DNA of 64,000 bases from Mycoplasmatales bacterium (lineage in GTDB: Bacteria > Bacillota_I > Bacilli_A > Mycoplasmatales > G963692675), in assembly GCA_963692675.1 (NCBI GenBank), contig OY830043.1, positions 20,563 through 84,562 of the forward strand, written 5' to 3'. Each line of letters begins with the position of its first letter. Positions within the stretch are counted from its first letter, which is position 1. The notes beneath the pieces are model-generated. The model was not told where the DNA came from and ran no database searches. It saw only the letters and a list, made by a program, of their open reading frames with translations. The translations under genes were made by a program, and so were the position numbers. Below, piece by piece: positions 47,544 to 59,039 of the stretch.

Positions 47544-48719
47544 GTGTTATATTCTGTAGTAGTCTCCCTGGCATTAATCATTGCCATCTGGTTTATAACA
47601 ATTTTAGCTTTTAAATTTGGAATTGTCAAAATCCTTGAAAAGTTTATTTATCGTTATATTAAACAAAGAAGAAATAAAAGATTTGCCAGAGGCCTAATAA
47701 TGGCTATTGGTCTTTGTTTTTCTATTTTTTTTAATTTTTGAGTTGTTTTAGGATTAAGTGGATCGATTGTCCTGCATCTTTTTAGTTCTAGTCTTTATGA
47801 TAAAGATATTGATTTACAGCGGCAAAAGAAAAGAAATGATATTCCGGACAATTTTGATACAGTTTTAAATGAAATTACATCATATAATGGTACTAAGCTT
47901 GTTACAAATGATGCTGAAAACCAGCAATTACAATATTATGCTTATTGAATTAATTCATTAACTTCAATCAATAAAGTTGTCATTGTTCATCATGGAATTC
48001 ATGGTTCACGGTTTGGCACCTATCCTTTTATTCATGATTTGATGCAAGTTCCAACATTAAGTAATAATACCTTATTTATTTCTTATGATGCTCGTGGTTG
48101 AAATGATGGAAAGGCAAGGGGCAAACCAACATATGGAGTAAAAGAGGCTATTGATTTATTTAATGTTATTAAACATATTGAAAAAGTGTTTCAACCTCCT
48201 GAAATTATTACTTATGGATTTAGTATGGGTGGGGGGACAATTTATAATTTGTTATTAGAAAAGGGTGAGGAATTCAAAACTAATAATAATGTTAAATATC
48301 GTTTTATTATTGATTCTGGATACTATAATTTAAAAGACCAACTAGTTTTCTTTACAAATAAATTGTTGGGAGTGAATCTGGGATCTCTTATTATGGGACC
48401 TGCTCTTTGAATGTATGGATTAGATAAAAAAACCCAAATGAGTTTTGATGCCTTTGAAGCTGTATCAACACTTAATATAGATTTAATGCTGTTACATTCA
48501 CAAGCAGATGAAACAGTTAATTGAAAGTTCAGTTGTGAAATGAATAAAGCAAGGAATAATAATAATTTAAATATGCAAACTAAAACCTGAATTGTGCCAG
48601 CATCAGAAAATGTTGGTCATGTAAAATTACATAACAAAAAAAGTATTCAATTTAAAAATTATGTTGAAGAATTTCTAAATAGAAATTTTAGTGATAAGGG
48701 AGTGAATGGATGTGAATAA
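47544..48719 (+). CDS. membrane-anchored alpha/beta-fold serine hydrolase, copy 2
   Basis: GTG start 7 nt after AAAGAGG. The same architecture as 28903..30072, with long identical blocks (EIITYG.S.GGGTIYNLLLE, IIDSGYYNLKDQL, LGVNLGS, LMLLHSQAD). TGA codons are read through. Confidence 0.8.
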
Positions 48720-49605
48720 GAAAATATTAGCTATTGATTTAGGAGGAAGTAGTGCTAAAGTTGCTATTGTTAATGATGAAGGAAAAATTATCTTTCGCTT
48801 TAAAAATATCAAAACAGAGAAAGATGATTTAATACCTAATTTATGAAGAGAAATTGAAAACCAATTACCAGAAAATATTAATTATGATGCAATTGGTTTT
48901 GCAACTGCTGGAATGATTGATGAAAAAAATGGAATCATTCTGATTGCTGGAAATCTAAATTTAAAAAACTTTAAATTAAAAGAAGAAATAAGTAAGTACA
49001 CAAGTAAACCATGTATCCTAATTAATGATGCAAATGCTGCTGCCCTTGGTGAATACTGAGTTGGTAGTGGTAAGGAATATCATTCATTAATTTTCTATAC
49101 CATTGGTACTGGTATTGGTGGTGCCATTATTATTAACAATCATTTAGTTACAGGTGCTAAGGGAACAGCTGGAGAATTAGGGCATGGCGGTAATTTTCAA
49201 AATAAAATTATTTGTAATTGTGGATTAATTAATTGTTTAGAACCAATTGCTAGTGCAACTGGATTAAAAAGAGCTTTAGCTAAACTATCACCAACAATAA
49301 CATTACGAGAAATAGATAGTGATATTTTGAAAAATAATAAGCAAGTAAGAAACTTATTTAAAAACCACTGAGCTCCTTTAGCTGATCATATGTCTGTTAT
49401 GATTTATGCTCTTGATCCAGAAATCATTATTATTGGTGGAGGAGTTTCAGGAATTGGGAATGAGGTAAGTAATGTTATTTATTCTCTTCTTCAGAAAAAA
49501 GTTCATCCCTCAATTCTTGGAAATATCAAAGTTGCTAATTCTATTCTTGGTAATGATGCTGGAATTTATGGTGCTGCTAGAATTGCTCTAGACTTTCTAT
49601 CTTAA
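48706..49605 (+). CDS. glk: ROK-family glucokinase
   Basis: N-terminal motif LAIDLGGSSAKV. The ROK zinc motif is GHGG...CNCG..NCLE. It overlaps the hydrolase stop by 14 nt and is preceded by AAGGGAG. Confidence 0.85.
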
Positions 49606-49889
49606 TTTTCTTTATTAGTAAGAAACAAGTTTTAAAATACTTTCATAATGTTTTTAATTACTAATTACCCAACTTAGAATACTAAGCCTTACTTGTTTTT
49701 AAATCTTACTAATTGTATTTTGAGTTCAACAAGTCAACATTATGATTAATAAAGACACTCTATGCAATTAATATAACTCTTTACTTATAACTCAAGTTAT
49801 ACTTTATTTATCAGCACAAGCATCATCTACAACTGCCAAAGAACAAATATTTTAGAAATTAAGAAAATAATTGATTATTAAAAATTAAT

Positions 49890-51560
49890 TTATTTGCCAG
49901 TAAGTCTTTTTACTTCATTAGCATAAAACTCTACTGTTGGTCCCATAACAACCTGGTACCCATCACCTAGTTTAATTTTGCCTAAAGCTCTTGTTTTACC
50001 AAGATATTGAAAATTAACTTTATTAGAATCTACTAACACAAATCGGATTCTTGTAGCACAATTTGAAACTTCTTTAATATTTTCTACACCACCTACAGCT
50101 TTAATAATTCATTTTGCATCATGGGTGTATTTATTCCCTTCTTTACTGGTAGATGGACTTTGAACACTAGTATCGAATTGTATTAGGTTATTTCCTCTAC
50201 CAGGAGTAGATAAATTAAGTTTCTTAATCATGAAATTGCTAAGTGCAAAATATGTTAGCGCGGTTGGAATACCTATTACCCATAATCAAGCAGGATGTGC
50301 AAATGCTGCATCTGCTCCTGATTTATTTGCTGCAATTATATCAAGTGATTTTGGTATTGATAAGACATAATCAATAAATCCAGCAGAAAATCCAAATCCT
50401 AATTGAATTCCAAAAAATCCAACAATCATTCCTACCAATCCAGTTAAAACTGCATGAAGAAAGAATAGTAATGGTGAAACATAAAGGAAAGCAAATTCAA
50501 TTGGTTCAGTAATTCCAGTGAAGAAAGAAACTAATGCTGCTCCAGCAAAAACTGCAGCAACTCTAGATTTTTGCACATTACCTTGAGCATTATGATAAAT
50601 TGCATAAGCAATTGCTGGTAAACCAAACATCATTACTGGAAAGAAACCAGATTGAAATGTTCCTGAAGTATTATCTTCTGCTGCTCCATTAAGGAAAATG
50701 AAGATATCTCCATTGACAACTTTAGTAGGATCAGCAGCAGAAACGTGTTCTCCTAATGTGAATCAAAAAATTGTATTTGGAATATGATGTAAACCAAAAG
50801 GAATTAATAATCTATTAATAAAACCATATCCTGCCATTATTCCTGAATTAGCTCAACGATCACCAGTAGCAGTTGCCATTGCATCAGAAAGTTTAAATAA
50901 TACATATCCAAATCAAGGAAATATTACTGCATAAAGAATAACAGCAAGAAAAATAAATATTGCTGCTAAAACTGGAATTAATCTTCTTCCAGAGAAAAAT
51001 GCTAAAACGGAAGGTAATTCTACTTCACGAAATCGATTATATGTTGAAGAAACTACCAACCCAATTGTTATTCCTAACAATACATTCAGTGCTAAGACAT
51101 TATCATAGCTTCTTGGAAATATAGCATGAAATCCTACTTTATCATCTCCAAAATCAACAGTAGCATATAATTTATCTACCAAGTCTATTCCCCCAAAAGG
51201 GCCACCAGAAGATAAGAAAATAGTTGCTAAAGCCATTCCGGTAAAACCAACAATAGCTGCTTCCCCACGGTTATCTTTAGCAAGCCCAAAGGCAATACCA
51301 ATTGCAAATAAAAAAGGTAATGCTGGTCCAAAAACTGCATTTCCAAATGTCATTAAAACTTGGCCTACACCTTTTGAAAACTCAGTATTAGCTGGAACAG
51401 CTGCACCAATTCTTAACATAATAGCTGCCAAAGGCAACATTGCTATTGGAAATAGTAAGGATTTTCCTAAATTTTGAATACTAGATAAAAGCTTCTTTCC
51501 AAATGACTTAACATCTGGCTTGACATTACTACTTTTATTTATACTTTGTAATCTTTCCAT
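49890..51560 (-). CDS. ptsG: PTS glucose-family transporter, EIIC-EIIB fusion
   Basis: EIIC membrane domain (GLAKDNRGEAA, GITEPIEF) and a C-terminal EIIB with the phospho-Cys motif NCATRIRF. ORFs 50913.. and 50286.. are in the same frame. Confidence 0.9.
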
Positions 51561-51562
51561 AT

Positions 51563-51850
51563 TTATCTCCGATTTACTCCTGCTTTTTTGTTTTTAGTTT
51601 TCATATATCTTAAAAAAACTGTGTAAGCTAAAGAACCAAAAAGCAATACTGAAAATAAAATTGCTACAGCTGCAATTGCATCTGCATCCAATGTCCGATC
51701 TCCATATCCTCCTAGTTCTACTGCGATAATTGAAAATGCAATCAACACAATAAGTGTTGACGCTCACAAAATAACCTCACCTCATTCAGCCAAAGTGAAA
51801 GTAGCAACTTTGCGAGTTATTTTCGTTTTCATTTCATTTAAACGATTCAT
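51563..51850 (-). CDS. small two-TM membrane protein co-transcribed with ptsG (95 aa)
   Basis: ATG 51848-51850 follows AGGAGG. The stop at 51563-51565 is 2 nt before the ptsG ATG. No recognisable family. Confidence 0.55.
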
Positions 51851-51980
51851 ACAACCTCCTGTTTTCATATATTATATTATAAAAAAAAGAAATTATTTAC
51901 ATTTTTTTATTTAGAAATAGAAACTAAAAAAATATAATGAATTAATTACAAGGAAAATCAGAATAATTTAACTAAAAAAA

Positions 51981-52071
51981 TGGCGGAGGCAGAGGGATTC
52001 GAACCCTCGCGAGCTTTACAACTCCTACAAGCTTTCCAAGCCTGCCCCTTCAGCCACTTGGGTATACCCCC
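51981..52071 (-). tRNA. tRNA-Ser (anticodon GGA), CCA encoded
   Basis: Minus strand: GGGGGTA acceptor pairs with TGCCTCC. Anticodon arm is CAGGC-TTGGAAA-GCTTG. It has a long variable arm, a GGTTCGAATCC T-loop and a 3' GCCA. Confidence 0.85.
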
Positions 52072-52081
52072 ACTTGTTGTA

Positions 52082-52158
52082 TGGTGGACCCTGTGGGATT
52101 CGAACCCACGACACTCCGATTAAGAGTCGGATGCTCTGACCAACTGAGCTAAGAGTCC
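52082..52158 (-). tRNA. tRNA-Lys (anticodon CTT), CCA encoded
   Basis: Minus strand: GGACTCTTAGCTCAGTTGG..., anticodon loop CTCTTAA, GGTTCGAATCC T-loop and 3' CCA. Length 77 nt. Confidence 0.9.
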
Positions 52159-52164
52159 ATATAT

Positions 52165-52965
52165 TTAATTATAATGTTGTTTAGCTTCCTCAACTCATAA
52201 TTGATAATAACAAAGTAAGGCTAATTGTTGATGCAAAATTATTTTTGTTTTATTAATCTGATAAATATGAGTATTCTTATTTCTATAAATCTTAGTATTT
52301 AGGTATGAATATTTTTCTAAAACTAGTTGTACCTCTTTATAATCACCACCAGAAATATGAATGCTTAATTGAGAAGCTTTGTTTTCATTATGTTCAGTAA
52401 GTCAATACAAAACACTAATTATTAATAATTCTCTTCCCCTGTTAATTGCTTTATCAGTTTCAGTAGTCTCTCTTGTGATTGCTATTTTTTCTGCTTTATT
52501 TCTTAATGCATTTTCAGCTGTGTTTAATCCAGGTATTAATGTAATATCAATGTTTTGGTGTTCATTAACTTTAATGATAGAAATAGCAGTCCCAAAATTA
52601 ACTATTACACAGGGAGCTTTATTATAAAAAGAATTTATGAAAGCATATAAATCTAATCCTAACTCTTTAAATAGTTTGCTTGATAAACCAAACTGGTTAT
52701 TTTCTTTCTTTTGTAAAATGGTTATTTGCTTTTTTCTTATATCCTCTGAAACTTTAATATTTGTTAGAATTTTATCTCGAAATGAATCATTAGTACTACC
52801 AATAATAATAGGTAGTTTATTTAATGAATCATTTAGCAAATTATTCATTCTTTCTATAAAATTCTTAATATCAGAAGATGCTCAAAAAGTGACTAGCTTT
52901 TTATTTTTAAATATTCCATATTTAAAGGTAGTATTACCAATATCTAAAATTACACAGGCTTTCAT
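52165..52965 (-). CDS. coaX: type III pantothenate kinase
   Basis: N-terminus MKACVILDIGNTTFKYG has the DIGNT phosphate-1 motif. ORF 52402.. extends through TGA codons (266 aa). Confidence 0.8.
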
Positions 52966-52967
52966 AC

Positions 52968-53345
52968 TTATAACTTACTTAATAAGTAAAAAATTTCAAT
53001 ATTTGGATCTTCAGCAAAATATAATTTAGCTAACTTTTGTTCATAAACTAAATCATAGCTGTTACGAATTCCTCTTATTATGTATTTACAATTGTTTTTT
53101 TTCATAAAAGCTACTGTATGGCCAGAAAAATAATGAACATCTACATTCTTTAATTGCATTTGAGAAATCACTTGTTTTGCATTTTTAAAACGACTGATCA
53201 AAGTGTCTTCATTATTTTTCTTTTCATTATTAACAACTAAGACAATTACTTTTGCAAAAACATCACTAACTCTTCTTAATATATGTTGGTGTCCTTCATG
53301 AAAAATAGCAAAAGATCCTGGAAAAACACAAGTACTTTTTATGAT
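52968..53345 (-). CDS. coaD: phosphopantetheine adenylyltransferase
   Basis: The nucleotidyltransferase motif FPGSFAIFHEGH lies upstream of the track start (TTG at 53201). The only possible initiators before it are ATC (53343-53345) or ATA (53340-53342). Confidence 0.8.
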   Translation of the reverse strand: MIKSTCVFPGSFAIFHEGHQHILRRVSDVFAKVIVLVVNNEKKNNEDTLISRFKNAKQVISQMQLKNVDVHYFSGHTVAFMKKNNCKYIIRGIRNSYDLVYEQKLAKLYFAEDPNIEIFYLLSKL

Positions 53346-53346
53346 C

Positions 53347-53994
53347 TTATTTCCCTACTTCAATAATTTTTAACCCAGAAGAAGTTCCAAGGCGATGTGC
53401 TCCTGCTTCAATAAATGCTAATGCATCCTTTTGGTTTCTTATTCCTCCAGCTGCTTTTATTTTTGCTCTTTCTCCAATTACTTCTTTCATTAAAATAACA
53501 TCTTCTAATCTTGCTTTTCCATTAAAACCTGTGGAGGTCTTAAGATAATCAATTTTTTCTTGACAACCTATTTTACAAATTGTGATAATTTCTTCTTTGG
53601 TTAAAATTGATGCTTCAATAATTAATTTAATAATTTTATTTTGAGTAACACTTCTTAATTCTCTTAACTCATGAGTAATTGCATTTCATTCTTTATCTGC
53701 CACATTTTGTAAATTAAGAACAACATCTAATTCAATTGCTCCTTGCTTAATCATTTCTGCTGTTTCAAAAATTTTGGTTAGAGTTGTTTGGTAACCATTT
53801 GGAAAACCAATTACAGTACAAACATGAACATTTGTCTTAGCTAGTTCATTAGTTGCTAACTGAACATGGTTAGGGGCTACACAAACTGCTGGAAAAGAAT
53901 ACTTTTTTGCTTCTGAACAAAGTTTCTTAATTTCTTTATGTGATGCCTGAAGATTTAAGTTTGTATGATCAATATATTCATTTATTTTTATCAT
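53347..53994 (-). CDS. deoC: deoxyribose-phosphate aldolase
   Basis: Class I aldolase with the Schiff-base lysine context DYLKTSTGF. The TGA at 53686 is read through to TAA at 53347-53349. Confidence 0.88.
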
Positions 53995-54111
53995 TATTTT
54001 CTCCTTTACTTTTCTTACTTAAATTATAATTTATTTGTCATAAACAAAATTATTTATTTCATTGTATATGTAGAGTTTTCTTTATCTTAATGAATCTATT
54101 CTATGGGGCAT

Positions 54112-55071
54112 TTAAACTTCATTTCTTTTTAATGATATTGTGGAAATAATTTGTTGCCCTTTCCATCCATTAACAAATTCCCTTGCCTGCATAGCTTTTT
54201 TTCCTTCTGCTTGAAGTTCTAGTATTTCTAATAATGAATCTTTTGTTTTTACAATGATTTGTTTTTTTGTTAGGAATAATTGGCCAATGAGTAACTTCTT
54301 TTTTACAAGAGAATAATTCATTTCAGTAACATTAAGCTTTCTTGCCCTCTTGATTAAATAACGCTTTTTGTTTTCAAACAAGACTGGAGTCCCTGGATTA
54401 AAACTTAGGGCTCGAATAAGCTTGAGGTTATTTTCACTTGTCTGGTGAAAATTTAAATAACCATCAGTATCCTTAATCTTTTTACAATATGTTGCATCTG
54501 CCTCTTTTTGGTTATAGTAAACTAATTTATTTGTAGTGTATAATTCATAAAAATCATGGATAGCATTCTTAGTAAGTAGTTGTATTTTTTCATATAAATC
54601 TAAATAATGATCATCTGGTTCAACAATTATTTCTTTTTGTCAACAAATGTCCCCAGCATCAAGTTTTTCATTCATTCGATAAATAGTTAATCCTGTTTGG
54701 GATTCTCCAAGAAGCAATAAAGATCTAATTGGTGAAGGCCCTCGCAATTTTGGTAACAAACTGGGATGAAAATTAAAGCAGTTGTTATTAACTGTTAATA
54801 ATGTTGTTTTTTTCAATATTTGACCAAAGGATGCACAAAGAATTAAGTCTGGCTTTTCTTTACTAATAATTTTGTCAGTTATTGTTTTTGATTTACTTAC
54901 ATACAACTGGAATTTTATGTTATAATTTTTGGCAAATATTTGTTTTGTTCATTTATCATGAGTAGTAATAATTCATGTTAATGAAACATCTTTACTCATG
55001 ATATGATCTAGTAATCAAGCAAAAGTAGCACATCCATATTGGCCATTACCTAAAAAAACTATTTTTTTCAT
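54112..55071 (-). CDS. fmt: methionyl-tRNA formyltransferase
   Basis: The motif NFHPSLLPKLRGPSPI is present. ORFs 54640.. and 54112.. are in the same frame. Product is 319 aa. Confidence 0.9.
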
Positions 55072-55823
55072 TTTTTTATGTCTCCAATGATTTTTTGAAA
55101 TATTTCATTTGTTGAATTATTAGTAATAGAATATCATTGAGCTTGGGGATATTGATGGCGGTACCATGTTAACTGACGTTTTGCATAATTTCTGGTATTT
55201 TTTTTAATTAGCTCTAATGTCTCAGTAATTGTTTTTTGATTATTAAAATAATCAAATCATTCCCGATAGCCTATTGCTTTTGCTAAAGCAGTTCCCTTAT
55301 ATTTAACATAAATTAATTTAGGAATATCTAAACTACTATTCATGTATTTATCAACTCGCTGATTAATATTTTGATAAAGTTCCTGCTGATCTCACTTTAA
55401 ACCGATAATCTTGGTATGCGGAAAATAATTAGTAAAACTTTTTGGTCTCTTTTGTTTGCCAACATTATGGAATTTATATTCATTAAAAACAATGCTATTC
55501 ATGTATAAACCAGATCCTCCTAGCAAAATAACTGGTGATTTTGATAATAAAGTTTGAATTTTTTTTCTTGCAATTTTTTGAAAAATTGCTGCATTCATAA
55601 CAGTAAATGGATCAATGAATTGATACAAATGATAATTGAGGTTTTTTAATTTATCATTAGAAATTTGATTCACTCAAATATCTGTATATTGATAAGCTTT
55701 ATATAAATCACAATTAACTATTGGATATCCTAGCATGGATTGAATTTGACTCGCTAAAGCAGATTTTTTTGAACATGTTGCACCAATAATTACAATTAAT
55801 GGATGACCTGATTCATGAGCCAT
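55059..55823 (-). CDS. miaA: tRNA dimethylallyltransferase
   Basis: P-loop-like IIGATCSKKS at the N-terminus and a C-terminal YAKRQLTW motif. At 254 aa it is shorter than typical MiaA. Confidence 0.8.
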
Positions 55824-55846
55824 TAGTTAATTTTTATGCAGACTAA

Positions 55847-56395
55847 TTAAGTAATATATTCTCGATACAAGTAAGAATAATCGTCTCTTTTAAGTTTTTT
55901 TAGTTTTCATCTTGAATAACTAATAATTCCAATAATAGCAGCCAGAATCATAATTCCTCCTGCAAAAAAAGATGCCCCTAAAGCAACAATGATACCTAGA
56001 AAACCAACAAAAAGGTAGGGTCATATTGATTTAAATCCAACAAGAGGTAGCATTAAATAAACACTAATCCCTAATAATCCAAATATTCATCACGTATTTT
56101 CCTGAGCAAAAAGAAAGGTTATTTCTTTAAATCGAAAAACATTATAGGTGACTACTTCAATTCCTAAATAATCTCAGTCATCCATTAATAAACTACTTAC
56201 CTTTGCTTTATCATCATCTTGGAACCCTTGCAAACCTAAGGGAGCAAAGAAATACAATACAGCTACAGCTGTAACAATTAATATTGTTAAAAACAAAAAA
56301 CTTCTTGCTAACTTCACATCTTTATTATAAGTCAGATTAAAATCATCTTCTTTTTGCTTTTTCTTTGCATTCAAAAAAATTACACTTGATTTCAT
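55847..56395 (-). CDS. hypothetical membrane protein (about 4 TM)
   Basis: ORF 56174.. extends through TGA to TAA at 55847-55849. ATG at 56393-56395 overlaps the upstream gene, so the start is uncertain. Confidence 0.5.
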
Positions 56396-56825
56396 TATTT
56401 TCAATTGTTAATATTGCATAACTTCCAAACTGTGATCCATCCCGTGGATATAATAATGAACCTGGGTTTAGGTAAGTTCTTCCGGAAGATATTTGAAATA
56501 ATTTTTTATGAGTATGCCCAAAGATAACAACATTAGCATTGTTTTTTATGAGATGTGGTTCTAAATTATGGGTTATATCCTTAGAATAAAAACCCAAATG
56601 TAAATGGCCATGAATTAAAAAAAATCTTTGGTTAGCAAATTCAAATGTAATTGCTTCTTGAAATGATTCAAGCCAATCACAATTGCCTAGCACAAAATAA
56701 TGAAATCTTTTTTTTAATCAAGTAGCTTTCATTTCGGAATCACCTGCATGGATATATAAATCCATATCAGGATGTTGTTTAAGTATTTTATCAACTATGG
56801 TACTTGCTGAATGGGTATCAGACAT
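56337..56825 (-). CDS. YfcE/MJ0936-family metallophosphoesterase
   Basis: Motifs in order are MSDTHS, HAGDS, GNCD, HGH and GHTH. Confidence 0.8.
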
Positions 56826-56841
56826 TACGAGAATTCTTTTT

Positions 56842-58623
56842 TTAATTTTTATTACCTCCATTATTAAAATAATTAAAAACCTTTGTACCCTTTACTTGTC
56901 CTAAAATATCAATTAATTCATCTAAGGGAGCATTAGTAATATTAATAAAACTTTGGTATCTTTTTAATAATTTGTCTCATGTTCGGGGACCAATATTTTT
57001 TATTAAATCATAACTTTTGATTAATAATTCCTGTTCCCTTTTTTGTTGAAAATAGGTATTGACAAATCGATGAGCTTCATCCTGAATTGAACTTAAATAT
57101 TGCAACAAAGGACCTGGTTCTAAATCAATACTTTCCTCACAATCTAATACTAATTTTGCTGTTCTGTGATGTTCATCTTTACTTAAGCCAACAACTGGAA
57201 TTACTAACTTTAATTCGGCAAGGGCTTTATTTGCAGCATTAATTTGATTAATACCCCCATCAATAATTAATAAATCACAAAATACACTATTGTTAGTTTC
57301 ATAATTATTAAAGAATTTTTTAACTGCTTGATAAATAGCATCTGTATCTCCAGTAATTAATTGCTTTGTTAAATTGATATAACGATAATAATTCTTAGTT
57401 GGTAACCCATCAAGATAACAAACAAATGCGGCAACATAATTTTTAGTTTGGATATGAGAGCTATCAACCATGTAAATACTGTATATTTCTTTACCAATTA
57501 TGTTCTCGATAATTTTATGACCTTTAAGACGATTTGTTCGTTGGCGCTTTCATTTTGATAAATCCCTTTTAATTGTTTCATTAGCATTATCAAGAGCATT
57601 TTTTAATATAATATTTTTTTTAAATCCCCGCTTAGGATTAGTTATTGGTACTTTCATATGTTTAGCTAAAAGTGATAAATCAATATCATCGGAAATTAAA
57701 ATCTGGTCAGGCTTTGGATAATCATGATAAAGATGAACAATAAACTTTTCAAACTCATCCTTAATGTTTTCAGATTTCTCCATAAAAAAATGTTGAATAC
57801 CCATCCATTTTCCCCCTAAATAAAATGAAACTAAATAACAAACAAATTCATCTTTGGTTTGGCGAGCAATCACGTGATATGAATTTAGGGACTTAAACTC
57901 AGATGGTTTAATAAGAAATGTTTTTAACAAATCAAGATATTCTTTTCATTTTTTTGCTAATAAATAATTTTCATCCTGAATTGCTTTTTCTAAATTCTTT
58001 TTTAATTTATCAACTAAAAAATCAATATCTCCACTAAAAATCCGTTTTACTTCCTTGAAAATAGGTTCATAATCCTCTTGGGTAACTAAATTAATGCAAG
58101 GGCCTAAACATTGTTTTAAATCTAAATAAATACATTTTTTTTTAGGCAAGCGTTTGCACTTTCGGAATGGATACAAAAAGTTTAGTATTTGTAATAATTC
58201 AAAAGCCTTGTATCCATGAGCAATTGGACCAAAATAAATACCATTTTTTGGATTAACACTTCTTACTATTTGAAAACGTGGGTGTTTAAAGCTTTTTAAT
58301 TGAATGTAAGGATACTTTTTAGAATCAGTTAATAAAATATTAAAAATAGGTTTTTGGGATTTGATAAGATTATGTTCAAGAATGAGGGCTTCATGATCAG
58401 ATTGGGTCTTGATTATTTCTAGACTATGAATTCTTGCAACCATTCTCCTGATTCGAGAATCTTTAATATCCTTGGCAAAATACTGCCGGACTCTTTTTTT
58501 TAGTGACTCAGCTTTTCCAACATAAAGCAGTTTTTTATTTCAATCATAAAATCTATAACAACCTGGTTTATCTGGTAAATTCCTAATTTCTTTTTTTAAA
58601 GCATTATTCAAATTGCTCTGCAT
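56842..58623 (-). CDS. uvrC: excinuclease ABC subunit C
   Basis: N-terminal GIY-YIG domain (PGCYRFYD...LLYVGKA). Three same-frame ORFs are joined by TGA. A C-terminal (HhH)2 region is present. Product is 593 aa. Confidence 0.9.
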
Positions 58624-58635
58624 CCATAAAAAGAA

Positions 58636-59004
58636 CTATACTTCAGAATAAAAAAACTGTTTAATTCATGCTTGTAATAAATGATTAGTAAAAGTTTTTG
58701 TATGTTTTCCAACTATTTGTCCATTTTTAAAATAACACACAGTTGGACAATCATTTTCATCTACTCCCGCTAGTTTTAAAATTGCTAATTCCTCATTCGG
58801 AGTTAAATCAGTTAGATCAACTTTAACTAATTTTATTAATGAATCAGTTAATTGATAAGCATTAGCAATGATTTCTTCAATTCTTTTAGTAATGATTAAA
58901 TTTAAATTTGTAGTAGAGGAGTTAGTATGAAATAAACAGATCACATCTTCATACAATTTAATTATCCTTTTAATTTCTCTAGGTTTTATTAATGCTAATG
59001 CCAT
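58636..59004 (-). CDS. small thioredoxin-fold-like protein with CxxC (CPTVC)
   Basis: 122 aa with a strong AGGAGGGG RBS. It has a single CPTVC motif followed by YFKNGQ. The fold assignment is tentative. Confidence 0.45.
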
Positions 59005-59039
59005 TTACCCCTCCTTTCAAAACTTGCTCTTTAATAAAA

